Source: Tetramitus jugosus
Taxonomy: Eukaryota; Protista; Heterolobosea
Assembly: GCA_937625935.1 (NCBI GenBank)
Contig: OW569364.1
Coordinates: 186,001 to 250,000, forward strand
Reading direction: 5' to 3'
Length of the DNA stretch: 64,000 nt
Part shown: piece after piece, positions 10,736 to 22,000 of the stretch
Numbering within the stretch: position 1 is the first letter of the stretch
Layout of the letters: the number at the start of each line of letters is the position of its first letter
Notes under the pieces: model-generated
The model's input: the letters and a program-made list of their open reading frames with translations, nothing else
The model's database searches: none
Told to the model about the DNA's origin: nothing
Translations under genes and position numbers: made by a program

Positions 10736-12868
10736 ATGTCTCGCAAGATTGTATCAGAAAAAGATTTTTGGGGCGTTGGTGACAACAATGAGGATGATGA
10801 TAACACATACGGTGATGAATCATGGACACAGAATCATCACAGAATCGTTACAGACAGTGACGATGAAGCACACTATCAGAGCTACGCCCAAGACGATGAC
10901 GATGAAGAGTTTGAACGAGTGAATCAACAATCTCAACTTCGCAGTCAACAACAACAACAACAACAGCTACAAAAGAAAAATCAACAACAACAAAATCGTC
11001 GTGTTGCTGCTCCAGTTCAATACAGTAGCACTGAAGAAGAAGAAGAGCAGAGTAGTGAAGAAGATGACACTTATGCAAACAAGAAGCCAAAATTGCAATT
11101 GTATGAAGTGACGGATGATGGATTCACGACCTTTGTAGGCAAGAAGGCTGCCACTGAAAAATTGGCCCAAAAGGTTAAAACAGTCAAGCCATCAAAGAAT
11201 GACGATGAAGAGGAAGACAATGAAGAGCAAAAGAACAAGAAAAAGAAGAATAAGAAAAAGAAGAAGAATGCAGCTACCACTCTGCAGCAAGTGTTGACCA
11301 GAAAAATTGATCCTAGAGATCCATTGGCAGGCGTCGATGATCCATATGATTTGTTGGCAGAACAACACAATGCAAAGATCCGAATGAAGGCCGATGAACA
11401 AAAATTGGCTTATCAAAAGAAGATGAAGAAACAAAAGGCAATGATGCCAACAAGTCACCAACCTGTTGGATTGTCAAAGGCAGAGAAGAATAAGAAGCTT
11501 TCTGGTATCACAAAGCTCGTGTTTGAACAACCAAACAAGAGCAATGAGAAACAACAGAAGAAGAAGAAGAGTCAAACCAAGGAGAGTACTCCAACAACCA
11601 CAGCAGAAAAGGTTGCACCAGCTAAAACCATTGCTGCTGTTGCTGCTAGTTTGTCTGCCAAGGATTTGGATACCACGATTGAAAATATTAGAAAAATGTA
11701 CAGTAAGGAGTCTGCTACTCAGTTTATTCAAGTGGCTGGATGGTTCGAAAAAGAGTTCTATCATCTGTCAGAGAAGAATATTCCTAGCGACAGTATCCGT
11801 CATTTCTCAAAGCAATTTGTTGCCCGAATGGAAAAGTGGTTGGCACTCTTCCATGATAAGAACGTGACCGAAGCAGTCACCCTTTTCATTGGTGAAATTT
11901 ACAGTGACAAGGGTATTGAAAGACACCCAGGAAAGTCAGTTGGAACAAGAGTGTTTCTTCAGTTTATTTTCCATTCTCGTCCAATGCCTGCTGCTGATGG
12001 TATTGCTGCATGCTCATCCAAGTTTGCAAATGGTGCTGTTTCGCTTCAAAATCTGAAGGTTCTATTGGATTCATTATTGTCCCAAAACGAGCTTGCTGGT
12101 ATCAAGGCTGCAACTGCTGTCATCCTTACTCATATCTTGTCAAAGAAATTGAAATCAAAGGAAGAGCAAGAAGCGATCACTTACTTGAGATCATTGATCG
12201 AAACTGATAGAATTATGCGCCACACAGAGCAGAATCCTGAAGTTCCTTCTCTGGTTGATAAGAAGCAATTTTTCAACTTCCAGAACTTTGCTTTCTCAAG
12301 CAAGAATGAGAATATTCAAAGTTTGTATCAGGATGTCGTTGCTGCCTCTATATTCCTGACAAACAATTCGCCGTCTCTATTTTTCATCCAACAACTCGAG
12401 GCATTGAAAGCAACCTCCGCCGAAGAGAGAAGAGAAGAAATTGCTTCAATTCTCAGTAAGAGTTTAAAGATTGATGAGGAGTGCATCACGTTGTGGGTCA
12501 ACAATATGAGCAAGTACATCAAGGAAAGCACGATGCTTCTGGAGCACATTAACAAACATGGAGGATTGCAAGGAGTGAAGGGCAATGAGCGCATCTCTAA
12601 GCAAATCTCTTCGATCATTCAGTCTTCGGACAAGAGTGCTCCACATATTCAAGCACTCCAAGAGCAGCTCAAGTCCTACAAGATAACCAATGCCGAAAGT
12701 TCCATCGTAGGTGCCTTCTTCCGCTTTATCTTCGTCATTCTGGTTCTGTCAGCTCTAGCAATACTCGCCACCATGTTCTACTGTGGTAGCAATCATGAAA
12801 CCCAATTTTGCAAAGTGAATGAGCAATGGTTGAGTGCCTTCACAAGCATTCTGCAGGATCGTCAATAA
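10736..12868 (+). CDS. TMEM214-like membrane protein
   Basis: Acidic/Lys-rich disordered N-terminus, helical core (GTRVFLQFIFHSRP; CITLWVNNMSKYIKESTMLLEHI), single C-terminal TM helix. Confidence 0.65.
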   Translation: MSRKIVSEKDFWGVGDNNEDDDNTYGDESWTQNHHRIVTDSDDEAHYQSYAQDDDDEEFERVNQQSQLRSQQQQQQQLQKKNQQQQNRRVAAPVQYSSTEEEEEQSSEEDDTYANKKPKLQLYEVTDDGFTTFVGKKAATEKLAQKVKTVKPSKNDDEEEDNEEQKNKKKKNKKKKKNAATTLQQVLTRKIDPRDPLAGVDDPYDLLAEQHNAKIRMKADEQKLAYQKKMKKQKAMMPTSHQPVGLSKAEKNKKLSGITKLVFEQPNKSNEKQQKKKKSQTKESTPTTTAEKVAPAKTIAAVAASLSAKDLDTTIENIRKMYSKESATQFIQVAGWFEKEFYHLSEKNIPSDSIRHFSKQFVARMEKWLALFHDKNVTEAVTLFIGEIYSDKGIERHPGKSVGTRVFLQFIFHSRPMPAADGIAACSSKFANGAVSLQNLKVLLDSLLSQNELAGIKAATAVILTHILSKKLKSKEEQEAITYLRSLIETDRIMRHTEQNPEVPSLVDKKQFFNFQNFAFSSKNENIQSLYQDVVAASIFLTNNSPSLFFIQQLEALKATSAEERREEIASILSKSLKIDEECITLWVNNMSKYIKESTMLLEHINKHGGLQGVKGNERISKQISSIIQSSDKSAPHIQALQEQLKSYKITNAESSIVGAFFRFIFVILVLSALAILATMFYCGSNHETQFCKVNEQWLSAFTSILQDRQ

Positions 12869-13101
12869 AATGTCATGATCCATTTGTGCTCTTGTCACTG
12901 AACCGTTACTCCGAATCCGTCATCAACGGAACAATTTTAGTTCGTGGGTTCGCTCGTCGCACCACTGCCTCTTTTCGTGTTTTCTCCCTGAGACCTGCAC
13001 CCCAAACGAAAAAACCAACTCACAACCCCTCACAAACTTCTATTAACGTTAATATCTCATATCTTTCTTTTTTCAGATTGCAATATCCTTCAAGACTAAA
13101 T

Positions 13102-15261
13102 ATGAGACTTGTAAAGAAGAAGAGCAGTAAAGATTTCTTATCGCACATTCATCCTTTTCTATTGTTGAGAGATGGTCCAAAGATTGAGTCTGTTGTGCAT
13201 GAACAGTTGCATCAATCGACCAACAACCTCTCACTTCAAAAACAAGTGTTTCAAACACATATTCAACAACAACCAAGTCATAGCAGCAGCAGTGGTAGTA
13301 ACAGTCCTCTGTTGTTTCATTCACTGGTGCTTCCATTGAGCATAAATGAATCCAACATGATTACCATGGGCAACAGCTTGAGAGCATTGAGTCTATTGCA
13401 TCCTAATGCTCAGGTGCGAAAATCAGCTTCCTGTGCAAACAAGAAGATTGAAGAGCACAAATTAGACTTGTTTTGCAACATTGACAATTATCAAATGTTG
13501 TGTCACGTGAGAGATACCGAATGGAACTCACTGAATCACTTGGAACAACGGTTGTTGTGCAAGATGCTTCAGGACTGTGTGCGGAATGGCATGCAGATCA
13601 CGGATAACGATACCAAGCGGTCTCTCATTGTACAAAAGAAGAAACAGATTGCTCAATTGAAGATTGAGTTCAATAAAAATTTGATTGAGGACAAGACTTG
13701 TCTCGTGTTTGACAAGAGAGATCTTGTTGGACTATCGGACGAGCTCTTGAACAGTCTGGACAAGGTAACAGAAGAGGGATCTTCTGACAGTTCGAGTGAA
13801 CGGTATAGAGTGACACTGAAGCCTTCGGATGTTCTGCCAATACGGACGAACGCTGAATTGACTCATGTTCGGAAAGCAGTTGAGATTGCTCTTGCAAGCA
13901 AGTGTCAAGAGATCAATACACCGATTGCAGAGCAAATTATTCGCTTGAGAACAGAATGTGCTCAACTTTTAGGGTATCAGAACCATGCAGATTATGTTTT
14001 GAGCAATAGGATGGCTCAAAACACAGAGACCGTGTTTGATTTTCTGCATTCATTGCGTGAAAAGGTGACTGATGCTGCTCGCAAGGAAATTGGTCACCTG
14101 CTAGCTCTAAAGAAACTGCACTGCACGGAAACAAAGCAAGAGTTTGATGGAAAATTGAACGCATGGGATTTGGAGTTTTACAAAAACCTGGCCATGAAGA
14201 ATGAGTGTAATCGTGACGACTCTGTGATTCGACAGTATTTTCCACTGGATCAAACATTACGGCGGATGTTTAAATTGTTTGGTGAGATGTTTGGATTGTC
14301 ATTCAAGGAAATTACAGAGACTCATGCGAAATATCTGTGGCATGAAGATGTAAGACTCTTTTGCGTTTATGATACGAGTTGTGTTGACTCTACAGATCGC
14401 AAAATTATGGGCTACTTGTTTCTGGATGTATTTACTCGACCAGGAAAGTACATGACCAATGCTTGTTTCAACCTGCAACAGCACTACATCCGTAAAGATG
14501 GAACGCGACAATTGCCTGCTGCTTGTATAGTTCTTAATTATTCAATATGCAAGAATCTGAAACAGAGATTGCTAAGGCATCATGAATTGAAATCTTTGTT
14601 GCATGAATTTGGTCACTTTTGTCACAATGTTTGCAGCAGATCACCCTATGGAAGATTTTCTGGCACTCAGGTCGAGAAGGATTTTGCAGAATTTCCCTCA
14701 CAATTACTAGAGAATTGGTGTTGGAACGCTGAAACACTACAGCTACTCTCTGGTCACTATAAGACAGGAGAAGTGATACCCAGAGAGGTGATCAATTCCA
14801 TTCTCGAAACTAAGAACCTCTATGTTTCTCACCAGATTTTAGCTCGATTACATCACTCCATGTATGATATGATCGTACACAGTGATCCCAATGTTCATTC
14901 ACTTCCCTCCAACTACACTTCAGAATTGTACTCTGATCTTAAGAAGGAAATTTGTCTCATTGCGGCACCTGAGGGTACTAATGCTAGCGCTTCATTTGGT
15001 CATATCATGAGAACCTATGATGCTGGATTTTATAGTTACTTATGGTCTCAGGTGTTCAGTTGTGATGCATTCAAGAGATTTGAAGATGAAGGATCACTGA
15101 CCGGCAAGTCTCAAACCTCCACAGATTACCGCTCGATCATCCTTGAGAGTGGAAACACTCGCGATGCTTCAGATATGATTCACCAATTCCTAGGTCGAGA
15201 ACCATCTCAATCCTCCTTTCTCTCCTTTTACCAGCTCGTTGTAAATAAAGATCCATTGTAA
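13102..15261 (+). CDS. M3A metallo-oligopeptidase (thimet oligopeptidase/neurolysin-like)
   Basis: HEFGH zinc motif, DFAEFPSQLLENW, YDAGFYSYLWS, AQLLGY; likely start is ATG 13102 since the longer ORF overlaps the upstream gene. Confidence 0.92.
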   Translation: MRLVKKKSSKDFLSHIHPFLLLRDGPKIESVVHEQLHQSTNNLSLQKQVFQTHIQQQPSHSSSSGSNSPLLFHSLVLPLSINESNMITMGNSLRALSLLHPNAQVRKSASCANKKIEEHKLDLFCNIDNYQMLCHVRDTEWNSLNHLEQRLLCKMLQDCVRNGMQITDNDTKRSLIVQKKKQIAQLKIEFNKNLIEDKTCLVFDKRDLVGLSDELLNSLDKVTEEGSSDSSSERYRVTLKPSDVLPIRTNAELTHVRKAVEIALASKCQEINTPIAEQIIRLRTECAQLLGYQNHADYVLSNRMAQNTETVFDFLHSLREKVTDAARKEIGHLLALKKLHCTETKQEFDGKLNAWDLEFYKNLAMKNECNRDDSVIRQYFPLDQTLRRMFKLFGEMFGLSFKEITETHAKYLWHEDVRLFCVYDTSCVDSTDRKIMGYLFLDVFTRPGKYMTNACFNLQQHYIRKDGTRQLPAACIVLNYSICKNLKQRLLRHHELKSLLHEFGHFCHNVCSRSPYGRFSGTQVEKDFAEFPSQLLENWCWNAETLQLLSGHYKTGEVIPREVINSILETKNLYVSHQILARLHHSMYDMIVHSDPNVHSLPSNYTSELYSDLKKEICLIAAPEGTNASASFGHIMRTYDAGFYSYLWSQVFSCDAFKRFEDEGSLTGKSQTSTDYRSIILESGNTRDASDMIHQFLGREPSQSSFLSFYQLVVNKDPL

Positions 15262-15423
15262 ATAGTCGATCGGCTCCTCTTTTGGGTGAACTTCTCAATG
15301 TCATCCCGATGTTCTGTCCGTTGTTCGGATGTTAGCGGACAAAAAACACCAAGGCCAAAAAACACATGCTCAAGAAACATGCTTGTTCTCACAACAACAG
15401 CAACAATCGCAACAAGAAGAAGA

Positions 15424-17107
15424 ATGATCGCCAAACGTCTGTGCTCTTCCTCTGTTCTCACCAGAACAATGCAAGCTTCCATCAACATTCCATCTAGACA
15501 TATCGCATTCTCACCACATTACTTTGCGTCCTCTCATCAACAACAGCAATGGAGGAACTACTATCGACACGTGTCATCCAAGATCCTACTAGACAGCAAC
15601 AAGAAGAAACCACAACACTCATCCATGGTTACAAACACCAATGTTGGTGCTACTCCTTCCTTGCTCGATGATCAACCGTCCACTGACAGCAAAGTCGTGA
15701 TTGATGAGGAGAGTGGAATGGATCCTGTTGTGGCTGCAACTGCCTTTTCAGCAACTAGTTCTGCTTCCAGTATCGTCACGCCATCTTCTTCTTCAGTAGC
15801 AGGAGCGACAACGACAACAGCAACAACAAGCACGACGACTACTGTTGCGACAAAGACCTTGAGTGATGAAGACAAGGATGCAAAACTGTTGTTTGATCAA
15901 GTGATGCAGGAGTTGATTCAAGAGTCCAATGGAGTTCCACTCAAATTTCCCAAAGAGATCATCTTCTTGCTGGGTGCTCCGGGCAGCGGCAAGGGCACAA
16001 TGACCATGTATATTCAAAAGACTCGAGGGCTCACTGCCAAACCCATTGTGGTGTCTGATATTTTACAGGGTGCAGAGTTTAAGGAAATTAAGGCCAAGGG
16101 CGCACTGGTGGGAGATGGTATAGTATTAAGAGCGCTGTTCAAAGAATTGTTGAGGAATGAGAATGAAATGGGTGTGATTGTGGACGGATTTCCCAGGACA
16201 GAGATTCAAGCACGATGCTTGAGTCTATTGTGGGACTGGATGGAAGAGCAGAGAGTGAGACATGGTAGAGCTTTCAGAAGACCAAAGTTCAGAATCACTG
16301 TCCTCTACATACCAGAGGAATTATCTGTGGAACGTCAATTGGCAAGAGGCCGAATGGCACTGGAACACAATGAAAGAATTAATCAAACAGGCTTGGGACA
16401 CATGATTGAAGTGCGTCCAACAGATTTATCAGAAGATTTTGCAAAATCACGGTACAAGTATTTCAAGGATCATATCTGGAAGTCTGTCAAGTTGCTACAA
16501 CCAAAGTTTAATTACAATTTCATTGACGCAAGTGGCGTAAAACAACAAGTGGCAGAGAATGTAAAGAACGAAATGAAGTATCAATCTTCGTTAGAGCTTG
16601 GCAAGGAAACGTTTGACATGATCACAACGTTTCCCACAGCCGAGAGATTGACTCGTCATGCACGGCAGTCACTCGTTAGACGATTAGATACGTATGCATT
16701 GGAGCACACAACACTGTTCAAGCAAGTGTTGGATGTTCTTCACAATGAATTTCTGCACATCATGCAAAGGCAGAGCTTGACAGGTGCAGCCATCATCCGA
16801 ACACAAAATCCATTGCTAAATGAAAAATTAGCTGTCGATATGATGCTTGATATCTTGCTGGAGAGAGGATATAAAGTGTATGTAGCGAATCTCCCGGACT
16901 GCAAGCTTTTTTCAATATCTGATGTATTTTCACTTTGAATCATGTCGAATCTCATCCACTAACACACAAGCATGACGTCAACACAGAGTACTAGACCAAG
17001 AGCGAGTGTTCAGGCCAATTAAGCTGAATGGAACGATTATTGAAGGGCACGAGGTCAAAATATGGCGCTTCCAAATCGCCTTTGATGTACCACAGATAAG
17101 AGGCTAA
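15424..17107 (+). CDS. Adenylate/NMP kinase with presequence and C-terminal extension, 2 exons (15424-16877, 16987-17107)
   Basis: GAPGSGKGT P-loop, VDGFPRT. Intron 16878-16986 (GTATGT..CACTAAC..CAG) gives the C-terminus VLDQERVFRPIKL...WRFQIAFDVPQIRG*. Start codon uncertain. Confidence 0.85.
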
Positions 17108-17448
17108 GGTACAGTTTGGCTGAAACACCAACAACAGACATGAGACCAGCGCTAAAAATACCCGTGGATGTTTCACACAAAGCAAAATTCCTTTTTTGCA
17201 CAAAGTTCGCAAGGTTTTTTTGTGATGTGGTGAACGTGTGGGTGTACAAGATAAGCTCTTCTCGAACTTGAGGGCCCTTTCGAAGAGTCACAACACAACT
17301 TTAGCCAAACTAAAGAAACTTCATCCCTGCTCCTTCTATCTTGCATATACCCACTCACCACAAAACAAAACGAAAGAAAAACCCATCTCCATCTACCCTT
17401 CCTAAACCAACAAGCACACTAACTTTCTCTATACCATCATAAAACACA

Positions 17449-19023
17449 ATGTTGAAACTGAAGCAAATAAGGAAGAATTGGAGCACTGGTACCATCAATG
17501 CCGACTACAAGATCGATCATCAACAGCAGTCCTCCATCATGTCCACCATGAGTTGTGCTATTCAAGTCATCCCTCGTCACTCCATCAATGAAGCTCTTCT
17601 CAACTGGAGGAACAAGAAGGTGATTCCCAAGGGAGAAGATGACACTGATTTTGACACATTCTCTGAAGCAATGGAATTCGATGAAATGTCAGACATTGAA
17701 GAAGACGGTCCATCCTCCCTGAAAAACAATTTTGAAGCACTGAGAAGACATCGTTCAACTTCCTTGACACAACAGACATCATCATTATCTGTTGGCCAGA
17801 AGAATGAACGAGTGGGATCTCCACCTCCTGTCCCACCCAGAAACGGAGTCGCTTCGATCCTAGCCAATCGGAAGAAGGTTACTCCTGCTGCTGCACCGAC
17901 TCGAGTCTCACAGGCCGAGTTCATCTTGTCAATGATCACCAAGCCAAATGATGCAGGAGCTCCCACTCTATGCAAAATGTTGGATGATGGATCATTCGAA
18001 AGGAGAAGAGTGAACGAAGTCGTGCGGAACAGCAGTGAAAGCCCAGCATGTTCCTTGCTTCACCTTGCTGCAAGGGCCAACAATGTTGAATGCATGCAAG
18101 TACTGATGAATAATGGTGCTATCATTGACTCAAAGGACTCTATCGAAGCCACTCCATTGCACTATGCGTGCTCTAGTGGTGCCAATGAAGCAGTCGTATT
18201 TTTGCTCATGAATGGAGCAAATGTGCACGCAAAGGACACTTATGACACTTTTCCACTGCTACTGGCACTCAAGAGAGATTACTTGAGCATTGTTCGCATG
18301 CTTATTCTCAATCAAGCAGATGTTCACCTTAAGGGCAAGAGAGGCAACACAGCCCTACACACTGCAGCTAGTAATGGTAACGTCAATCATGTAGATATTT
18401 TGGCCGGAGAATTCAACGCTTCACTTCTCAGAGTCAATGACAGCCATGAGTCAGTGTTGTTTTGTGCTCTGGCCAATCCACCAGTGGTACACAAAATTTG
18501 TGACCACGCAAACAACTCAAGCATACTAGGAAAACTAGTTGCAATGAAGAACAACAAGGGAAGAACAGTGTTTCATGAGTGCTGTGAAAAGGGTTACCTC
18601 GAGAGTCTTTTGACAATTTTAGAGTCACTATGCAATAAGGCATCTGACATCGTTCAGATTGACTCCTACTTGGATCAGAAACTGAATGAATTGAGCACAG
18701 ATGGCCTCTCACCGTTGCACTGTGCAACCATTGCTGGAAGACATCAAATTATTCAGTTCTTAGTAACGATTAAGAATGTTCATATCCATAAGGTTTGTGC
18801 CCGTAACCACTCTCCATTGCACTATGCAATCACATACAACTATTCCAATGTTGCTCAGTTGCTCACTACAGTCCTAACGGATGAACAGTGCACTGATGTT
18901 GAAAAGAAGAAAATGAAAGCAGTGAGTAGACTCAGAGCCAGTCTCTCAAGAGCCAGTGTTACTCTATCAAAGAGACTATCAACAAGATTTCCGCTGAACC
19001 ACGGTAATCAAGAAAATATATAA
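17449..19023 (+). CDS. Ankyrin-repeat protein
   Basis: Repeated TPLHYAC, TALHTAA, SPLHCAT, SPLHYAI motifs; N-terminal PPPVPPR proline-rich motif. Confidence 0.92.
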   Translation: MLKLKQIRKNWSTGTINADYKIDHQQQSSIMSTMSCAIQVIPRHSINEALLNWRNKKVIPKGEDDTDFDTFSEAMEFDEMSDIEEDGPSSLKNNFEALRRHRSTSLTQQTSSLSVGQKNERVGSPPPVPPRNGVASILANRKKVTPAAAPTRVSQAEFILSMITKPNDAGAPTLCKMLDDGSFERRRVNEVVRNSSESPACSLLHLAARANNVECMQVLMNNGAIIDSKDSIEATPLHYACSSGANEAVVFLLMNGANVHAKDTYDTFPLLLALKRDYLSIVRMLILNQADVHLKGKRGNTALHTAASNGNVNHVDILAGEFNASLLRVNDSHESVLFCALANPPVVHKICDHANNSSILGKLVAMKNNKGRTVFHECCEKGYLESLLTILESLCNKASDIVQIDSYLDQKLNELSTDGLSPLHCATIAGRHQIIQFLVTIKNVHIHKVCARNHSPLHYAITYNYSNVAQLLTTVLTDEQCTDVEKKKMKAVSRLRASLSRASVTLSKRLSTRFPLNHGNQENI

Positions 19024-19042
19024 AACACCTCTATTATCTTTA

Positions 19043-22000
19043 TTATGGCAATGAAACAATGATATCGTCCCTATCGCTGTCAGAATCGTTTGACTCACTG
19101 GTCTCTATTCCCTGATTGCTGCTACTACTTTCTTCTATCGATGATGAATTGTGAGCACAAGAGGCAACATTGGCCCTTCTCCTCTCAAGGTATCCCAACA
19201 TATCTTGACACTCCGTTCTTAGCTCGTCAAAGTTATGGCTATTCACATGTTTTAGTACGTGTTCTTGCATGGCGTTTGACAGTACTTCATGTCGTGGAGA
19301 GCCCTTGAATCCGAAGCATTTGAGTGGTATTGAGTTAACCATTTGCTCGAGGAAAGATGTGTCATTCGTTAGTGGTGCTTCATGACTGTCCTTCAATCGA
19401 TCCACGAGATACAATGATTCTCTCAAACCGGACATCACTTGATTCAGACTACTTGTCATTACACAAGAGGAACAGTGTTCAACATTATTCACATGTGTAG
19501 GATTGAATATTTTGTTGCTTCTCTCATGATGCAAGTAAGCTCTAAATTGTGACTTGGCGTCCGTCATTCTTCTTTCGATTATTTTGCATATTTGGTCAGT
19601 TACGATAGTCAGGAGATTAAAACATAACTTTTGGAGATCGTTCCTCATAGGATTCGTTGATAGTAGAAGATGATTGAGAACATGATTCTGTTCAACAGCC
19701 ATGTACTTGCATACATCAGTCACATATGTCGATGCTGTCTCGAATCTTGTCTTATCACTACAAGCTAGGACATCATTCACCTTATAAATCATTTCATTGA
19801 CAGATGTCGTGAATGTGTCATACTCCTCAACGAGATAGAGTAATCCTAGAGTGGATATTAAGCTGTTTGATGTTGGTTCGTACGATGCACTTGTTGCATC
19901 AATGCATATCTGTCTCACAACATGTGATCCTTTAAGTCTATTGAAAGCATTCTTGTACAGAGGGAACAAATTCTTCTTGGTTGATCTGGATGACAGAGTG
20001 ACCAAATTCATGACTTGTTGGTAGCTTTCTGGATCAGATGTATTGAGGGCATTAAATTGTTCTTCAATCTCGGTGCATCTTATCGTTAATGACCCTGAAT
20101 TATTGTTAGGAGGAGCATAGGTTTCCACTCTTCTATTCATTTCATTTCCTCTTCGTTGATCAACATTACTTTGTACTTTTGCAATCAATTGCTGGATGTT
20201 CATCAGTCTAATCTCTGTAATCTTTGACAAATATTGATCGTGATATGTCTGCATGTAGTCTGGGGGTGATGTCCAAGGAGCTATCGCTTTGTAGATAATT
20301 ATGAAGTATGAAAGAAGCTTGGTACCAAACAAGATAAATAGCAATAGTATCTTTGGAATGGTTCGAATCAAGAATCGTAGGATACGAAACGGCAACTTGA
20401 ATAAAACGTGAAATAGTTTCCTTCTCTTTCCATAGTTCACAAGAGGTTGAGTCATGATAGTAGGTTCTGCTTCAGTCTCAGGTATTGCTTTCTCCTTCTT
20501 CCTTCTTCTTCTCTTCAATTTTGTTGGTTCAGGCTTATTTCTATCTCTCAACATACTTGATTGAAGCTGCATGAAGGAGAACTCAAGGTCATATGGAGCC
20601 CTACTTCGAGAAAAAGAGACCTCCTGATACCCATAGCCAGATTCCCAATCCAGCTCTAAATGAGTCGATTCAGACTCATCTCCCACCATAAAATCGTACT
20701 CTAACCCCATGTGTCTTTCACTTCGATTGTTTTGCATAATACTCTCAACATCTTTTGCCTTACATCGGTTTCTAATCCAGGTTTTAACTCGAAACAAATC
20801 CTCTGCATATAGCTGTTTCCAGATGGCGATACTAACATCGAGAGGAGTTGAACCACTATTGAAAATGAATGGGCTGAACAACCACACAAACACCAGAAAG
20901 CAATGGAAGACGACAAAGCCATAATTTTTGCTTGTAGTCACAGATACCAAACTCAACAAAATAATCAATCCTGCGGGAATGAAATGAGTCGACCTGAACA
21001 TCCTGTAACTATCAATGATAGAAACGTGTTGCAAACCGTGAGATCTACCAGATGCTATGTACTTTGCAGATTGATTGAATCCAAAGAGGAAGTAAAAAGC
21101 AGTGTTCATGAGCTGAAAGAGAGAGTAAGTCAGAAGCCATAAAAAGTTGTTGATATACTCCCATACACCTCGTACGACCCCTCTATCAAGAATGCTTTGC
21201 AGAATTCCAGGAACCGATAGAGCCATGCCAATTTGGAGCAAAAACACTGAGTCCGAAAATAAAGCAAGAGTTTTGGAAATGTCTAACATGGCCACTTGCA
21301 ACTTGGATCCTCCCTCTTTTGGTAGATGCTTTGATACTACAAAAGTAGCAATCAAAACAATATCACGGCAGAGATACAGAATGAAGGCCGCTGCTACAGC
21401 TATTAGAGTATTGGAATAATGAGATAGCACAGAGTAACAGAACAAGAGCTTGTCTGTGAATGTCAAATGCCGAGAGGACAAAATCCACGAAGCATATCTC
21501 GAACATGCAATTTGAGCTCCTCCGCCAGCGATCTTTCTATTGAATTTTGTAGTAGACACCATGCACACATCTCGAGCTTTTCCCACTTCGATATAATCCA
21601 CATGCTTGCTTGTTCCGTTGTTCAGTAAAACATCGAAACCATTAAAAATATCCTCAGAGATGTAACTTAACTTTGATAACCCGCTCGTAAACATGACGAA
21701 CATCCCTCTCATCACATCAGGATGTCCATAGTGAAATCTGAGGTTCAAGAGAGACCATACACGTTGAACCAAACTGCCAAATACTCTTTCGGTGAACGCT
21801 GCGGCAAACCCAGCTCTCGACCATGATTTCGTAAAAACAAACTCTGGGAATCCAACCATTTTCACTTTTGGATCATCAAACTCCTTCATTAGATTCGGGA
21901 CAAAGAATGCTTGGCACAGAGTATTATCCATATTACAATCCACTGTTTGACAAAAAGAACCGTCAAAAAATTGGAGCATAAAACCTTGGTTAGTTGGTTT

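Noticed and set aside
12826-13101. N-terminal extension of the M3 peptidase ORF
   Set aside because: Overlaps the upstream gene end and reads like promoter/UTR sequence.
17256-17288. Imperfect hairpin CTCTT..CGAA..AGGGCCCT..TTCGAAGAG
   Set aside because: Short, bulged, no ncRNA hallmarks.
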